Below the pieces are notes generated by a model. That model worked only from the letters and a program-made list of their open reading frames with translations. It was not told the origin of the DNA and searched no databases. A stretch of 64,000 nucleotides of DNA from an uncultured Spirochaetota bacterium (lineage in GTDB: Bacteria > Spirochaetota > Brevinematia > Brevinematales > JAOACQ01), in NCBI GenBank assembly GCA_963835575.1, contig CAWIGG010000004.1, positions 1 through 64,000 of the forward strand, given 5' to 3'. The translations under genes and the position numbers were made by a program. This document shows positions 29,223-39,761 of the stretch, in pieces. The number at the start of each line of letters is the position of its first letter. Positions within the stretch are counted from its first letter, which is position 1.

Positions 29223-31259
29223 TCATTTTATCGATATATTGCTGCAGGCTTCATTCAGTATGGAATACTTCATCCCCATATTCCAGAAAGTGCAGCCGAG
29301 ATTAATGGAATCCTGTATTCCGGTAATTTCATCCGCAATATATTTCGGCCCGTAGTATTTTCTGTCGTAAGGCCCATGGAGATTAAAAGTCTGAACATAC
29401 GGCCGTATCACCAGCTCCTTTTTACCGATATAATAATTCCTGAGCGCGCCGTAATAATAAATCCGGTAAGGCCTTTTTTCAAAAGGCTCCCTGTTTAAGA
29501 AGTCTTCAGAAAAATGCGAAGGATAAAACATCGGGCAGATAACATCAACATATTTTCTGAAAAGCTCTACATCCTGCCCGGTCCTGGCGCCGGTTCTATA
29601 AAAGCCGTTGGCGCCGTAAATATCTATGGAAATCGGTACGGAAATATTTTCCCTGGCGTACGCTAAAAAAGACATAATGGCGCTTTCTTTATCCATGCCG
29701 TCTTCCTTATAAGAATAGGACGCATCGTCTATATTAATACCGTCTGTCGGAAAACGGACATAGTCAAACTGGATTTCATCAAATCCTCTCTCCGATAGCT
29801 CCTTTGCAATAGCTATATTATATTCCCAGACCTTTTCACAATAAGGGTCAACCCAGTATTCCTCAATTTTTTTGAGGGCCCCGTTTTTATTTGTCTTGAT
29901 ACCCTGCCATGGCGCCCCGTCTGTCCTTTTCCCCTTAACGGCATATTTGGAATTATTGTCGAAAAATAGGACCCTGTCTTTAAAAAGGACCATCCTGGCC
30001 GTTAAATAAATGTGCTTTTGTTTCATAAGAGAGATAAAACTTTCCAGGTCCAGCGGATTGACCACTTTGGCAATACCGGCAACCAGACTGTTCAACGGTT
30101 TAAATCTGAGGTATCCCCAATCATCCTTCATATCGATTGTCAGCATATTCAGGCCGTTTCTTTCCATCATGTTTATGAGCTTTTGAAGCCTGGCTTTATT
30201 CTTCAAGGCCCCGGCCTGGACATACAGACCGTTTTTCCGGGCGGCAGTTGAATAATTTTCCCTTTCCCGCGGCAGTGATGGAATCCAGAGGCCGGAAAAA
30301 TTAAACTCTTCGCCTCTTTCGTCAAAACCATAAACAGCGTTGACGGTAAGCCCGATCTTCTTTTCCAGATCATTTTTTACCAGATTCAGATTGTCCCATG
30401 CTAAATTTTTATGATCAAGATCATACCTCATTATGCCCTGACAGCCGACAAAATATAGGTATTTTTCTTTTAAAACAAGGCTTTCCATCATATCAAAATC
30501 TTTTTGAAACTTTTCATAAATATTCCAGGATTTTAATTTGTCATTCCATGTATAGAGGATGGGGGTGAAATTATTTGCGGCATAGAGAACGGTTTTTTCC
30601 CCTTCTTTCCGGACCAGTATGTCAGCGATCTCTTCGTATGTTTTTGAAAAAGAAAAAAGGCCTTTGCTGATGTTTTTCCACCGGTTCCCTGAACCGACAG
30701 TCATTGTGTATAAACCCTTAAAGGAATGACCGAGGTAAATTCTTAAATCCGGACTGGAAATTACAGCGGCAGTTTTAATGCTTGAATATGGCACCGGGCT
30801 CTGGATCATAAGCCAGGCCATTCCTCCATTTGTGGATAGATACACGCTGTCTTTACTGCAGGCAATGAGATTTGACGGGTTTTCCGGATCAAACTTAAGA
30901 TCTTTCAGATCATCAATTTCATTCGTAAAACTTTTTTCATTATTCCTGTAAATCTTGATGACTTTATATGAAATACCGTTATTCCGTGTTTCAAATTCTT
31001 TCCCGTCTTCAGTAAAAAAGACGCCGTATGATGTCAGAAGAAATAAACCGTAAGGAACAGGCAGGAATTTTTTTATTTCCGGAGGATTCCCGCCGTTATT
31101 CCATATCAGGAAGGGATCGCTCTTATGGTCCCAGTAATACAGGCCGTCTTTAACAGCGGCCAGAACAAAGTCCTTCTTCTGCTGATTAAGCTCATTTGAA
31201 TAAATTAAGGCATGGCTCAGAACCGCGAAAATAAAAAGTAATGAAATTAAACGCTTCAT
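29223..31259 (-). CDS. Secreted putative glycoside hydrolase (DUF4015-type C-terminal domain, beta-propeller-like N-terminus)
   Basis: Signal peptide; IDMKDDWG, ARMVLFKD, WVDPY, GFDEIQFDYVRFP, ICPMFYPSHF. Confidence 0.85.
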   Translation of the reverse strand: MKRLISLLFIFAVLSHALIYSNELNQQKKDFVLAAVKDGLYYWDHKSDPFLIWNNGGNPPEIKKFLPVPYGLFLLTSYGVFFTEDGKEFETRNNGISYKVIKIYRNNEKSFTNEIDDLKDLKFDPENPSNLIACSKDSVYLSTNGGMAWLMIQSPVPYSSIKTAAVISSPDLRIYLGHSFKGLYTMTVGSGNRWKNISKGLFSFSKTYEEIADILVRKEGEKTVLYAANNFTPILYTWNDKLKSWNIYEKFQKDFDMMESLVLKEKYLYFVGCQGIMRYDLDHKNLAWDNLNLVKNDLEKKIGLTVNAVYGFDERGEEFNFSGLWIPSLPRERENYSTAARKNGLYVQAGALKNKARLQKLINMMERNGLNMLTIDMKDDWGYLRFKPLNSLVAGIAKVVNPLDLESFISLMKQKHIYLTARMVLFKDRVLFFDNNSKYAVKGKRTDGAPWQGIKTNKNGALKKIEEYWVDPYCEKVWEYNIAIAKELSERGFDEIQFDYVRFPTDGINIDDASYSYKEDGMDKESAIMSFLAYARENISVPISIDIYGANGFYRTGARTGQDVELFRKYVDVICPMFYPSHFSEDFLNREPFEKRPYRIYYYGALRNYYIGKKELVIRPYVQTFNLHGPYDRKYYGPKYIADEITGIQDSINLGCTFWNMGMKYSILNEACSNISIK

Positions 31260-31420
31260 AACATATCCTCAATTGCAAAGGAGTAAATTTTATAATAAGA
31301 AAAGTGAAATATCAATTAATCTGATATTACTTTAAGAATCAAATAGCATATTTCTTGCGTTAAGACTTTGATAGAGTTATATTAAAAAGCTTTATTTATT
31401 GATTAGTAAGGAGAAACTTT

Positions 31421-32571
31421 ATGAAAAACGGGATCATTTTTATATTTCTTTTTTTTACGGTCTTATCAGCGTATTCTGAAACTAATATGGAAAAAGCTGT
31501 CAACATGAATATTACCAGTGTCAGCTTTTTATCCACCGGCGATATTTTCCCGAGCCGAGCCTGATCAACGGCTTCATTATCTCAAACGGCAGACGGGATT
31601 ACACTCCCTATTATGAGTACGTCAGGAATTATATAGAAAGCGCCGATATCGCCACGGCCTGGTTCGGCGGACCGGTGGCAGGCGAGGGCGAAATTTTCAC
31701 AGGATACCCGAATTATAATAATCCGCCCGAATATATCACGGCCGCGAGAGATGTGGGATTTGACATCCTTCTGCATACCAACCATCTTCTGGACCAGGGC
31801 ACGAACGGCTTCCTCAGGACAATCCGGTTTTACAGGAAAATCGGCGTTCCCTACCTCGGTGTTTACGACAACTACGCGGATAGCCGGAAAATCTTTTATA
31901 TTAATAAAAACGGAATTAAAATCGCTTTCCTCTGCTACCTCTACGGCGTCAATTCAGGCAAACCGCCTGAGAAGTGGATGATCAATTTTATTGTTGAAAA
32001 GAAAATTAAAAGCGATATTGAAAAGGCAAAGGCCGAAAAAGCCGATTTCATCATCGTGGCTTTCCACTGGGGAATCGAGTACATGCGCGCCCCCGATCCG
32101 TCGCAGGTGGAAATGGCAAAAAGAATAGCCGCGTACGGAGCGGATATGATCCTCGGTTCGCACCCGCATGTCATTCAGCCGGCCGATATGATTGAAACCC
32201 CCCAGCCCGACGGGTCCGTCCGGAAAACCTTTATCATCTATTCCTTTGGAAATTATCTCTGCACACAGCGCGGCCGCTATTCCGACTGCGGCGTCATGCT
32301 CCGCTATAAAATCACAAAAGATCTGACAACCGGCAAAACAGCACTGAGCCCTGTGACCCATATACCCGTTTGGGTACTATGGCAGACAAATGCCAAAGCC
32401 GGCCGTTACGATTCGAGGATACTGCCGGCATGGAAAGCTATGCAGGAGTACACCAACGGCAATCCGCAGAATCTTTCCACTAACGACTACGCGGCGATGA
32501 AGACATCCTGGGACGACACTCTCCAGTTGCTGGACAAGCCGGAAATCGGATTTGTGCATGAGGAAGACTGA
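31421..32571 (+). pseudogene. CapA-family (PGA_cap metallophosphoesterase) gene with a frameshift near 31555
   Basis: 31421-31564 encodes a signal peptide plus SFLSTGDIFPS and then stops. The -1 frame continues PSLINGF...YIESADIA into the track ORF, which has NHLLDQG, HWGIEY, GSHPHVIQP and YSFGNY. May be a sequencing indel. Confidence 0.8.
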
Positions 32572-32720
32572 GATTATTTTAAGTGCGGTGGTTTAATTTA
32601 CAGGAAGGCACAAAGACGGGAAGGAAAGGCTGTTAACCATCATTTTGAGCAATCATAGGAAAGAATGTTCAAATAAATAAAAACAAAACCGATAATTATC
32701 CTTTTCATATATCCCCCATC

Positions 32721-34865
32721 TTATTGAGCGGTTATATCGAATTTACCGACACCCACACCCTTTGACCCGTTCCAGACAGTAAAGAGCGATGTGTCCGGCA
32801 GGACCACCATCCGGTAGTCATAGAAATTCGGCCCCATCTTCCCGGATGTTTTTAGAGCTTCCTTATCCCCCGCCGCGCTCCAGAGCCTGAGGAGCATTTT
32901 TAAATTTCCTTCACGGTCTACCGCCGCGACTAGCGGGGAATAGTCATACATATCCATATCCAGCTTAACATCGAAATAGATCAAACCGTCCTTATCATCG
33001 CTGATATACCGGATCGATCTGACCTCCGGTTCTTTTTCGAGTTTTCGCTTGTTTTTCTTACCATTCACATAGTCCATCACTATTTGGCCTATCTTCAAAT
33101 CGCTTATCCGGATCCGGTTTTGAGCTTTCATACTCCCGACAGGATAGATATCAATCCAGAGGTCTTTTTCCCGGTCAGGTTTTAAGCTCCAGTCGTAAGC
33201 GTATGGTAAGCCGAAGAAAGAAGGAATACCTCTGTAAGTATTTTGATCCATAGACCGGATGTAGGGCGCATTATTCACTTTGTCGAGACCCCATTTTTCC
33301 TTATCCGTCCGGCCGAAGAGGTAATCCACCTTACCCATATAAAAATAGACCGGCCTGCCTTTCAATCCTCCCTCATCTTTAAAAAGCGCGTTTCCAAGAT
33401 AGACGTCATCTCCTTCAACCAAAAGAGAACCATAATAAAACCTTGTAACTTTTAAATATTTCTTATTTGGTACTAGTAATTCTACCACATTACTTTGCCT
33501 TAATTCTTTTAATTTCTTCATATTATATCCATAGACCCAGTTCAGGTTGCTGTATATGGCATAGAAATGAACATTATATTCATCTTCCACATTCACCATC
33601 CATGAAAGATGATGAATAGTATCATAATTCATGCCGCCCTTTGGATCACCAAAATAATCTGGAACATCTTTTTCCTTTTTCTTTTTTTCTCCCAGCGGGC
33701 CGAACAATTTTTTGCCATCTTTATCTAATTTATAGATATAGGGAAGACTTCCAACATATTCCAGATATCCTTCATCCGCATTAAATATCGCCTGTCCTCG
33801 GAACGTTCCCACTTCCACATATTTTTCAGATATCAATAATGTTCTGCCAAAAGCAGTCGCGTCATAACTATAAAGCTCCTGCCGGCCTTCCTGGTAGTCC
33901 TGAATGGGCGCGTAAACCCCCAGCCATTTGGGCTCGGCATAGGAATAAATCTTCGGTTTAAGTTTTTTTTCCGTCATATTAAAAATCACCATCCCCTGTG
34001 GAATCAGCATTCCGCCCAGCTTCTCATATTGTTCTATTTTATTGATATTGCTGTGAATTCCTTCCATTCTTTCATTATAAACCGTTTTTGTTTCTTCCTT
34101 GTATGTGTTCATAGCGGTCTTTTTTTCTTCAGCCACCGCCCCGGCAATCATTTTTCTGTAAAGCTCTTCTCTCAAATTTTCCCTGTCCAGGCTTTTTACC
34201 TGCCCGATATACTGAAAGTTTGTCTTCCATTCCACAGCATTGTTATCCACACCAACGCCTGCAGGCCAGAAATACCTTACAAAATAGACCGAATTGGTTC
34301 TGGAAAGCTCATCCGCTCCTATTTTCCGCTGTATTTTCAGTAATTCTGCCGGATCGGTAATTTCGTCCCAATAGTCCAGCGCATAGTTTCTCTTTTCTAT
34401 CTTATTCAGCCTGTCCAGGTTCTCCCTTTCGGTCAGGTTCAGGTTTCCCTGTTTTGACGTTCCATTCCTGGCGGCTTTCTGATCATACCAGGTCGTGAAA
34501 TTAAAGATTTTCTGATCTATACTGTCCTGAAGAAGGCTTTTGTTCCTTGCCAGAATTTCATCCTGAAGAAGCTTTGTATAGCTGAAATCCTTATTTGAAA
34601 TGCTTATTGTCTGAATGGCTTTTGTCAGTTCCTCCGGTTCCTTGAAATCCTTTGATGTATAATATTTTAAATTTCCAGTATATTCTTTTATTGTAAAATA
34701 ATTGGCTATTTTCTGAACGGCGGCAGATTCTGTTGAAATTTGTTCTTTCGTGTTAGAGACCTTCGCCTGCGGTTTCACCGTCGAGGGCCGCGTCCCCGTC
34801 CCGCACGCGCACATCAGCGCCGCGGTTATAATAATGACGATGGATATTGATAATGATTTCTTCAT
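32721..34865 (-). CDS. Hypothetical lipoprotein
   Basis: Lipoprotein signal ending in ALMCAC; AGGAG RBS; 714 aa with no recognised domain. Confidence 0.75.
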   Translation of the reverse strand: MKKSLSISIVIIITAALMCACGTGTRPSTVKPQAKVSNTKEQISTESAAVQKIANYFTIKEYTGNLKYYTSKDFKEPEELTKAIQTISISNKDFSYTKLLQDEILARNKSLLQDSIDQKIFNFTTWYDQKAARNGTSKQGNLNLTERENLDRLNKIEKRNYALDYWDEITDPAELLKIQRKIGADELSRTNSVYFVRYFWPAGVGVDNNAVEWKTNFQYIGQVKSLDRENLREELYRKMIAGAVAEEKKTAMNTYKEETKTVYNERMEGIHSNINKIEQYEKLGGMLIPQGMVIFNMTEKKLKPKIYSYAEPKWLGVYAPIQDYQEGRQELYSYDATAFGRTLLISEKYVEVGTFRGQAIFNADEGYLEYVGSLPYIYKLDKDGKKLFGPLGEKKKKEKDVPDYFGDPKGGMNYDTIHHLSWMVNVEDEYNVHFYAIYSNLNWVYGYNMKKLKELRQSNVVELLVPNKKYLKVTRFYYGSLLVEGDDVYLGNALFKDEGGLKGRPVYFYMGKVDYLFGRTDKEKWGLDKVNNAPYIRSMDQNTYRGIPSFFGLPYAYDWSLKPDREKDLWIDIYPVGSMKAQNRIRISDLKIGQIVMDYVNGKKNKRKLEKEPEVRSIRYISDDKDGLIYFDVKLDMDMYDYSPLVAAVDREGNLKMLLRLWSAAGDKEALKTSGKMGPNFYDYRMVVLPDTSLFTVWNGSKGVGVGKFDITAQ

Positions 34866-35084
34866 TTTGGGTCTCCTGTTTGTTTTATATCTCTTTTTTA
34901 ATGTTTAAACGTTTCCTGTATTAAATACGGTCGTCTCGGTAGTGCGGCAAAGCAGGTAGCAGAAAACTCGACCGGGCTTTCGGTATTGAAACGCCCGATT
35001 CCATCATAAAGAACCACCAATCATCCAGACACAACAATACCCATACCAGTTCTCTGTATCCGTGGCTAATCTCCGTGGTTTCCC

Positions 35085-35828
35085 TCAAAACAAAAAGCTT
35101 GTGATATCAATGACCATGTCCTCCAGGTCGTAATTAAGCGATGATAATAATTCGGAGCTTTCTGAAGGGTATTCATAATTAATAAAATTCTTCGAATTGA
35201 AACTGACCGGCGTGTTTCCTGTCACCCGGATAGTCCTCTGATAAATATCGGCAAGTGATAATTCCAGCCCTTCAATAACATGATTTTTTTTAGCTTCTCC
35301 GTCCAGTTTCTGAAAAATATCCAGAATATCCATTTCATAAATAAGAAAGAACCTGGAATTGTCCCTAACCGCGATCTGTTCAGTCTTATCCAGGCGTACA
35401 GCGTTGATCAAACGGACGGGAGGATTATTAATGAACTGGAAACAATGGCGGGAAATAATATTCGGAATGAACAAAATCCTGGCCTCATAAAACTCATTTA
35501 AAAAGGAAATATAAGAATCAACTATCCTCTGCAGCCGCAGATGAGATTCTAAATTTGTCCGGAAAGGATAATGACGGACGGCAATAAGGATGCTGTTCCG
35601 GCTGTCAAACAGCTCCAGAACAGAAGTCAATTCAGCGAATTGATTGTATAGAACGCGTTCCGTGATATTCCTGTTGAAAATATCAAAGGTGAGGTCTATA
35701 TAAAGCTTTCGGGTCAGCATAGACGGCCTTTCTCCGCCGGACACTATCTGGAAATCCTTGATGAGACCCAGCTTTTCTTCAAGCGCCTTCATTTCAGTAT
35801 GATCGGGAAGAATCAAAACCGAAGACAT
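35085..35828 (-). CDS. Hypothetical protein
   Basis: Long ORF with AAGGAG RBS before MSSVLIL; function not recognised. Confidence 0.7.
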   Translation of the reverse strand: MSSVLILPDHTEMKALEEKLGLIKDFQIVSGGERPSMLTRKLYIDLTFDIFNRNITERVLYNQFAELTSVLELFDSRNSILIAVRHYPFRTNLESHLRLQRIVDSYISFLNEFYEARILFIPNIISRHCFQFINNPPVRLINAVRLDKTEQIAVRDNSRFFLIYEMDILDIFQKLDGEAKKNHVIEGLELSLADIYQRTIRVTGNTPVSFNSKNFINYEYPSESSELLSSLNYDLEDMVIDITSFLF

Positions 35829-36073
35829 AGCACTCTCCTTCAACTAATATAAAATGAGAGGGGACAATTGTCAAAAAGAGGGTAATATGATTTTCTAATT
35901 TGAACGATTATTTTTATAACTGCTTATTATATTGCGCATTTCATGATTTTCAAAATCCTTTGATTGACTTTTTCATTTTATTATTTATAATTATGAATAA
36001 TAAAGAACTTCAAATTTTTAAAACATATCTTATTAAATTATTGTACTTTGATTTCCTATTCTCAGGAGGCATT

Positions 36074-37411
36074 ATGAAAAGGACTACCCGGGTTAAAGAT
36101 ACAAACCCCCATTCAATGAACCAGGTACTGGGCCTGATCCTCGGCGGAGGAAAAGGGACACGCCTTTATCCTCTCACAAAAGAGCGTTCAAAACCCGCGG
36201 TCCCGTTCGGCGGAAGCTACAGGCTGATAGACATTCCTATTTCGAATTGCATTAATTCCAGCATCAACCGCGTATTTGTTATGACGCAATTCAACTCGAC
36301 ATCCCTGAACAGGCATATCACACAGACATATAAATTTGATATTTTCCACAACGGCTTTGTCGACATTCTGGCGACAGAGCAAACTCATGACAGTCCCACA
36401 AGCGGTTTTACGCAGGGAACAGCGGACGCCGTGCGCCGCGCTCTTATGCACTTACGGAGCTTCCGTGAATCCGGCGACACAAAATATGTCCTGCTCCTCT
36501 CCGGCGACCAGCTTTATTACATGAATTTCCGCACGGTCCTTGCGGCCCATATTGAAAATAAAGCCCAGATTACACTGGGCATCATTCCCGTTTCCGAAGA
36601 AAATATATCCCGGTTCGGCATTCTTAAAATAGATGAAAACTGCCGTATTACGAATTTCGTTGAAAAGCCTAAAAGCAGGGAGGATATAAAAGGATGGAAC
36701 GCTTCTAAAAAATACGCCTCCTTATGCGGGGAAGGCAGGCCTTATTTCGGTTCCATGGGTATTTATCTTTTTAATATTGAAACCCTGTATGACCTGCTTC
36801 TTACCCATCCCGAAATGCTTGATTTCGGAAAAGAAGTGATCCCCTATTCCATAGAAAATAAGTATGAAGTTTACGGATTTGTCCATAATGATTACTGGGA
36901 AGATATTGGAACAATAAAATCATTTCATCAGGCCAATATTGAGTTGACCCGGGATAAAGGGGCTTTTGATCTTTTTAACCTCTCCAGCCCGTTTTTCAGC
37001 CGCCCGCGCTTTCTGCCCCCTGCCAAGATTTCTAATTCAAAAATCGATTCGTCAATAATCAGCCAGGGAGTAAAAATCGAGGAATCAACCATTAAGAATA
37101 GTGTGATCGGCATCAGAAGCATTATAAAAAAAGGCAATAAAATTGAAAACAGCGCCATAACCGGCGCGGATTTTTACGAGACCGAAGAAGCAAAGTTATC
37201 AAACATAGAAAAAAAAATACCCAATATCGGCATTGATGAAAACACAATCATTAAAAACGCTATTCTGGATAAGAACTGCCGGATCGGTAAAAACGTAAAA
37301 ATCATAAATGAGGGAGGCATACTTAATAAGGAAGAAAAAAATTACGCGATTGTGGACGGAATTGTTGTCATTGTTAAAAACGCGATTATTCCCGACGGGA
37401 CAGTCATTTAA
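36074..37411 (+). CDS. glgC: Glucose-1-phosphate adenylyltransferase
   Basis: ILGGGKGTRLYPLTKERSKPAVPFGG, TQFNSTSL, QGTADAVR, LSGDQLY, YWEDIGT; start at ATG 36074 after GGAGG. Confidence 0.97.
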   Translation: MKRTTRVKDTNPHSMNQVLGLILGGGKGTRLYPLTKERSKPAVPFGGSYRLIDIPISNCINSSINRVFVMTQFNSTSLNRHITQTYKFDIFHNGFVDILATEQTHDSPTSGFTQGTADAVRRALMHLRSFRESGDTKYVLLLSGDQLYYMNFRTVLAAHIENKAQITLGIIPVSEENISRFGILKIDENCRITNFVEKPKSREDIKGWNASKKYASLCGEGRPYFGSMGIYLFNIETLYDLLLTHPEMLDFGKEVIPYSIENKYEVYGFVHNDYWEDIGTIKSFHQANIELTRDKGAFDLFNLSSPFFSRPRFLPPAKISNSKIDSSIISQGVKIEESTIKNSVIGIRSIIKKGNKIENSAITGADFYETEEAKLSNIEKKIPNIGIDENTIIKNAILDKNCRIGKNVKIINEGGILNKEEKNYAIVDGIVVIVKNAIIPDGTVI

Positions 37412-37541
37412 TTAAAATAATACAATTTACAATTGTTTTTCAATCCGAATTTATTAAAAATCAATCCATATGGCCTGCTGGCTCATTTAATTTCAATCCC
37501 ATGGCTGCCGAAAATAATATTTATTCAGCAGGAAGTTCCTT

Positions 37542-37982
37542 ATGAAAGCAGTTGTCCAGAGGGTAACGTACGCTTCCGTCAGCGTGGAAGGAAAAATGAT
37601 AAACGAAATAAAAAAAGGGCTGGTTGTATTTGCCGGATTAGGCCGGGATGATACAGAAAAGGACATGGAATACCTGGCCCGCAAGATTTTTTCTTTACGG
37701 ATATTCCCTGACGGCAATAAAGAAAGCGCTCTTTCCGTGCATGATATAAGCGGCGAGATCCTGCTGATATCCCAATTTACTCTTTACGGTGATGTCAAAA
37801 AAGGCAACCGGCCTTCTTTTACCCGGGCAATGGAAGCTTCGAAAGCCGGTCTTTTTTTTGAAAGATTTTATGAAATATTAAAAATAACCGGGATTGCGGT
37901 AAAATGCGGTATTTTTCAGGCAATGATGAAAATAAAGCTTGAGAACGACGGCCCCTATACCATAGTCATTGATTCGAAATAA
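37542..37982 (+). CDS. dtd: D-aminoacyl-tRNA deacylase
   Basis: MKAVVQRV, SQFTLYG, KGNRPSF, NDGPYT. Confidence 0.96.
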   Translation: MKAVVQRVTYASVSVEGKMINEIKKGLVVFAGLGRDDTEKDMEYLARKIFSLRIFPDGNKESALSVHDISGEILLISQFTLYGDVKKGNRPSFTRAMEASKAGLFFERFYEILKITGIAVKCGIFQAMMKIKLENDGPYTIVIDSK

Positions 37983-37999
37983 AAAAAACCGGAGAGGTT

Positions 38000-38821
38000 A
38001 TGAAAGTCAAGTTCTGGGGTGTCAGGGGATCGATCCCTACTCCCGAAGAAAATAACATGAAAGTCGGCGGCAATACAGCCTGTGTTGAGCTCACTCTCGG
38101 GGAAAAAAGGATCATTCTTGACATGGGAACCGGCATCCGTGAACTGGGTAAAGAAATTGTAAAAGAGATAGAGGCCGGTAAAACAAAAGAGATCACAATA
38201 CTTTTAAGCCATACGCACTGGGACCATATTCAGGGTTTTCCTTTCTTTAATCCCATATATATTCCGAATATCAAAATTATTATTTACGGGCCGGAAAAAG
38301 CAAACCGCCATCTCCAGGTTCTCCTTGAAGAACAGATGGAATATGATTATTTTCCCGTTAAATTCAGCCACCTGCCGGCAAAAATAGAATTTCATGAACT
38401 TCCGGAGGGTTTTCACTCCATTATGGACGGGGTTAAAATTGAAGCCCGTCGGCATATTCATCCGGCCATTGCCTATGGATACCGGATTACATACGATGGC
38501 CATGCCGTGGTATATTCAACCGATACCGAACATTTCCATAATGTAATTGATAAAAGAGTTGTTGATATCTCTGAAGGAGCGGACATGCTCATCCATGACG
38601 CTCAATATTCAGATGCAGAAATCGGTTACCGCCTCGGATGGGGCCATAGTACATGGAGGCAGGCGGCCCAGGTGGCCATCGACAGCAAGGTAAAAAACCT
38701 CTATCTTTTTCATCATGACCAGGACCGCAATGACAGCGAGGCTTTTAAAATTGAAGAACAGGCAAAACAGGTTTTCCCGTCAACATTTCTTGCATGTGAA
38801 AGAAATGTTATAGATATCTAA
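38000..38821 (+). CDS. MBL-fold metallo-hydrolase (phosphodiesterase-like)
   Basis: FWGVRGSIP, GGNTACV, SHTHWDHIQG, TDTEH, GWGHS, LFHHD. Confidence 0.92.
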   Translation: MKVKFWGVRGSIPTPEENNMKVGGNTACVELTLGEKRIILDMGTGIRELGKEIVKEIEAGKTKEITILLSHTHWDHIQGFPFFNPIYIPNIKIIIYGPEKANRHLQVLLEEQMEYDYFPVKFSHLPAKIEFHELPEGFHSIMDGVKIEARRHIHPAIAYGYRITYDGHAVVYSTDTEHFHNVIDKRVVDISEGADMLIHDAQYSDAEIGYRLGWGHSTWRQAAQVAIDSKVKNLYLFHHDQDRNDSEAFKIEEQAKQVFPSTFLACERNVIDI

Positions 38822-39591
38822 TCCAGATTATAAATTCTTTTGAAATTTTCTGTTATTACTGTTTCCAATTCAATTAATTCAACATTTCGCAGCTGTGCCA
38901 GATACTGATAGGTATAAATAACATTCAAAGGATTATTCTTTTGTCCCCTGACCGGCTGAGGGGATAAATAGGGCGCATCCGTTTCAAGCAATATTCTGTT
39001 TAATGGGACCATAAGCGCGGCATTCCGGATTCCGCCGGCATTGGGATAGGTTATATTTCCTGCGAATGATATATAAAAACCCCTTTCCAGAAATTTTTCC
39101 GCTTCTTTTTCTGAATAAGTAAAACAATGAATAATTACAGGATTTTCAGGCGAATAATCAGACAGGATCCGGTATGTGTCCTCAAAAGCCTCCCGTGAAT
39201 GCACAATAAGCGGTAAATTCAAATCCACACTTGTTTCTATTTGAGATCTGAACAAAATTTCCTGCTCTTTCGGCGTTCCGTAGTCCCAATGATAATCAAT
39301 TCCTGCCTCACCAACAGCCTGGGGCCTTTTTTCATTTAAAAGACGTTCAAAATCAAGCTTCATTTGAGGATTGTAAGAACCGGCCAGTTCCGGATAAAGC
39401 CCGCAGGAAAGTAATAGATTGGAAGGCAGTTTCCTTGCCGTTATATTCAAGAATTCACCTGCATTTGTCGATATATCAACAAGATAAAGTAATTGAGAAG
39501 AAATTTGCCGGATTCCGCCGTCAAGAGTTGATTGATCGCTATAACAGTGCAAAAGATGGCAATGACTGTCAATAATCATTGTTTTACTCAA
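38818..39591 (-). CDS. tatD: TatD family hydrolase
   Basis: IDSHCHL, VGEAGIDY, IVHSRE, IHCF, ETDAPYLSP. Confidence 0.95.
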   Translation of the reverse strand: MSKTMIIDSHCHLLHCYSDQSTLDGGIRQISSQLLYLVDISTNAGEFLNITARKLPSNLLLSCGLYPELAGSYNPQMKLDFERLLNEKRPQAVGEAGIDYHWDYGTPKEQEILFRSQIETSVDLNLPLIVHSREAFEDTYRILSDYSPENPVIIHCFTYSEKEAEKFLERGFYISFAGNITYPNAGGIRNAALMVPLNRILLETDAPYLSPQPVRGQKNNPLNVIYTYQYLAQLRNVELIELETVITENFKRIYNLD

Positions 39592-39761
39592 TTTTGTTAT
39601 ATTTTGCTTGACTTTATTATAAAGTGAGATAGAATTATAGTCTCAAAAGCAGTCTGAGTCAAATTATCAAATTTTTTGTGAAAAATATTGAATAAGTGCT
39701 GATTTCAATTTATAATGTAGGTTGCCATTTCTTTGATACTTGAATTAAAAAGGAGGGCAAA

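Noticed and set aside
31550..31559. CCGAG-CCGAG as a 5-bp Tn7 excision footprint in the capA-like gene
   Set aside because: A single-base deletion restores a motif spacing that fits CapA better, and Tn7 excision does not normally leave such a scar.
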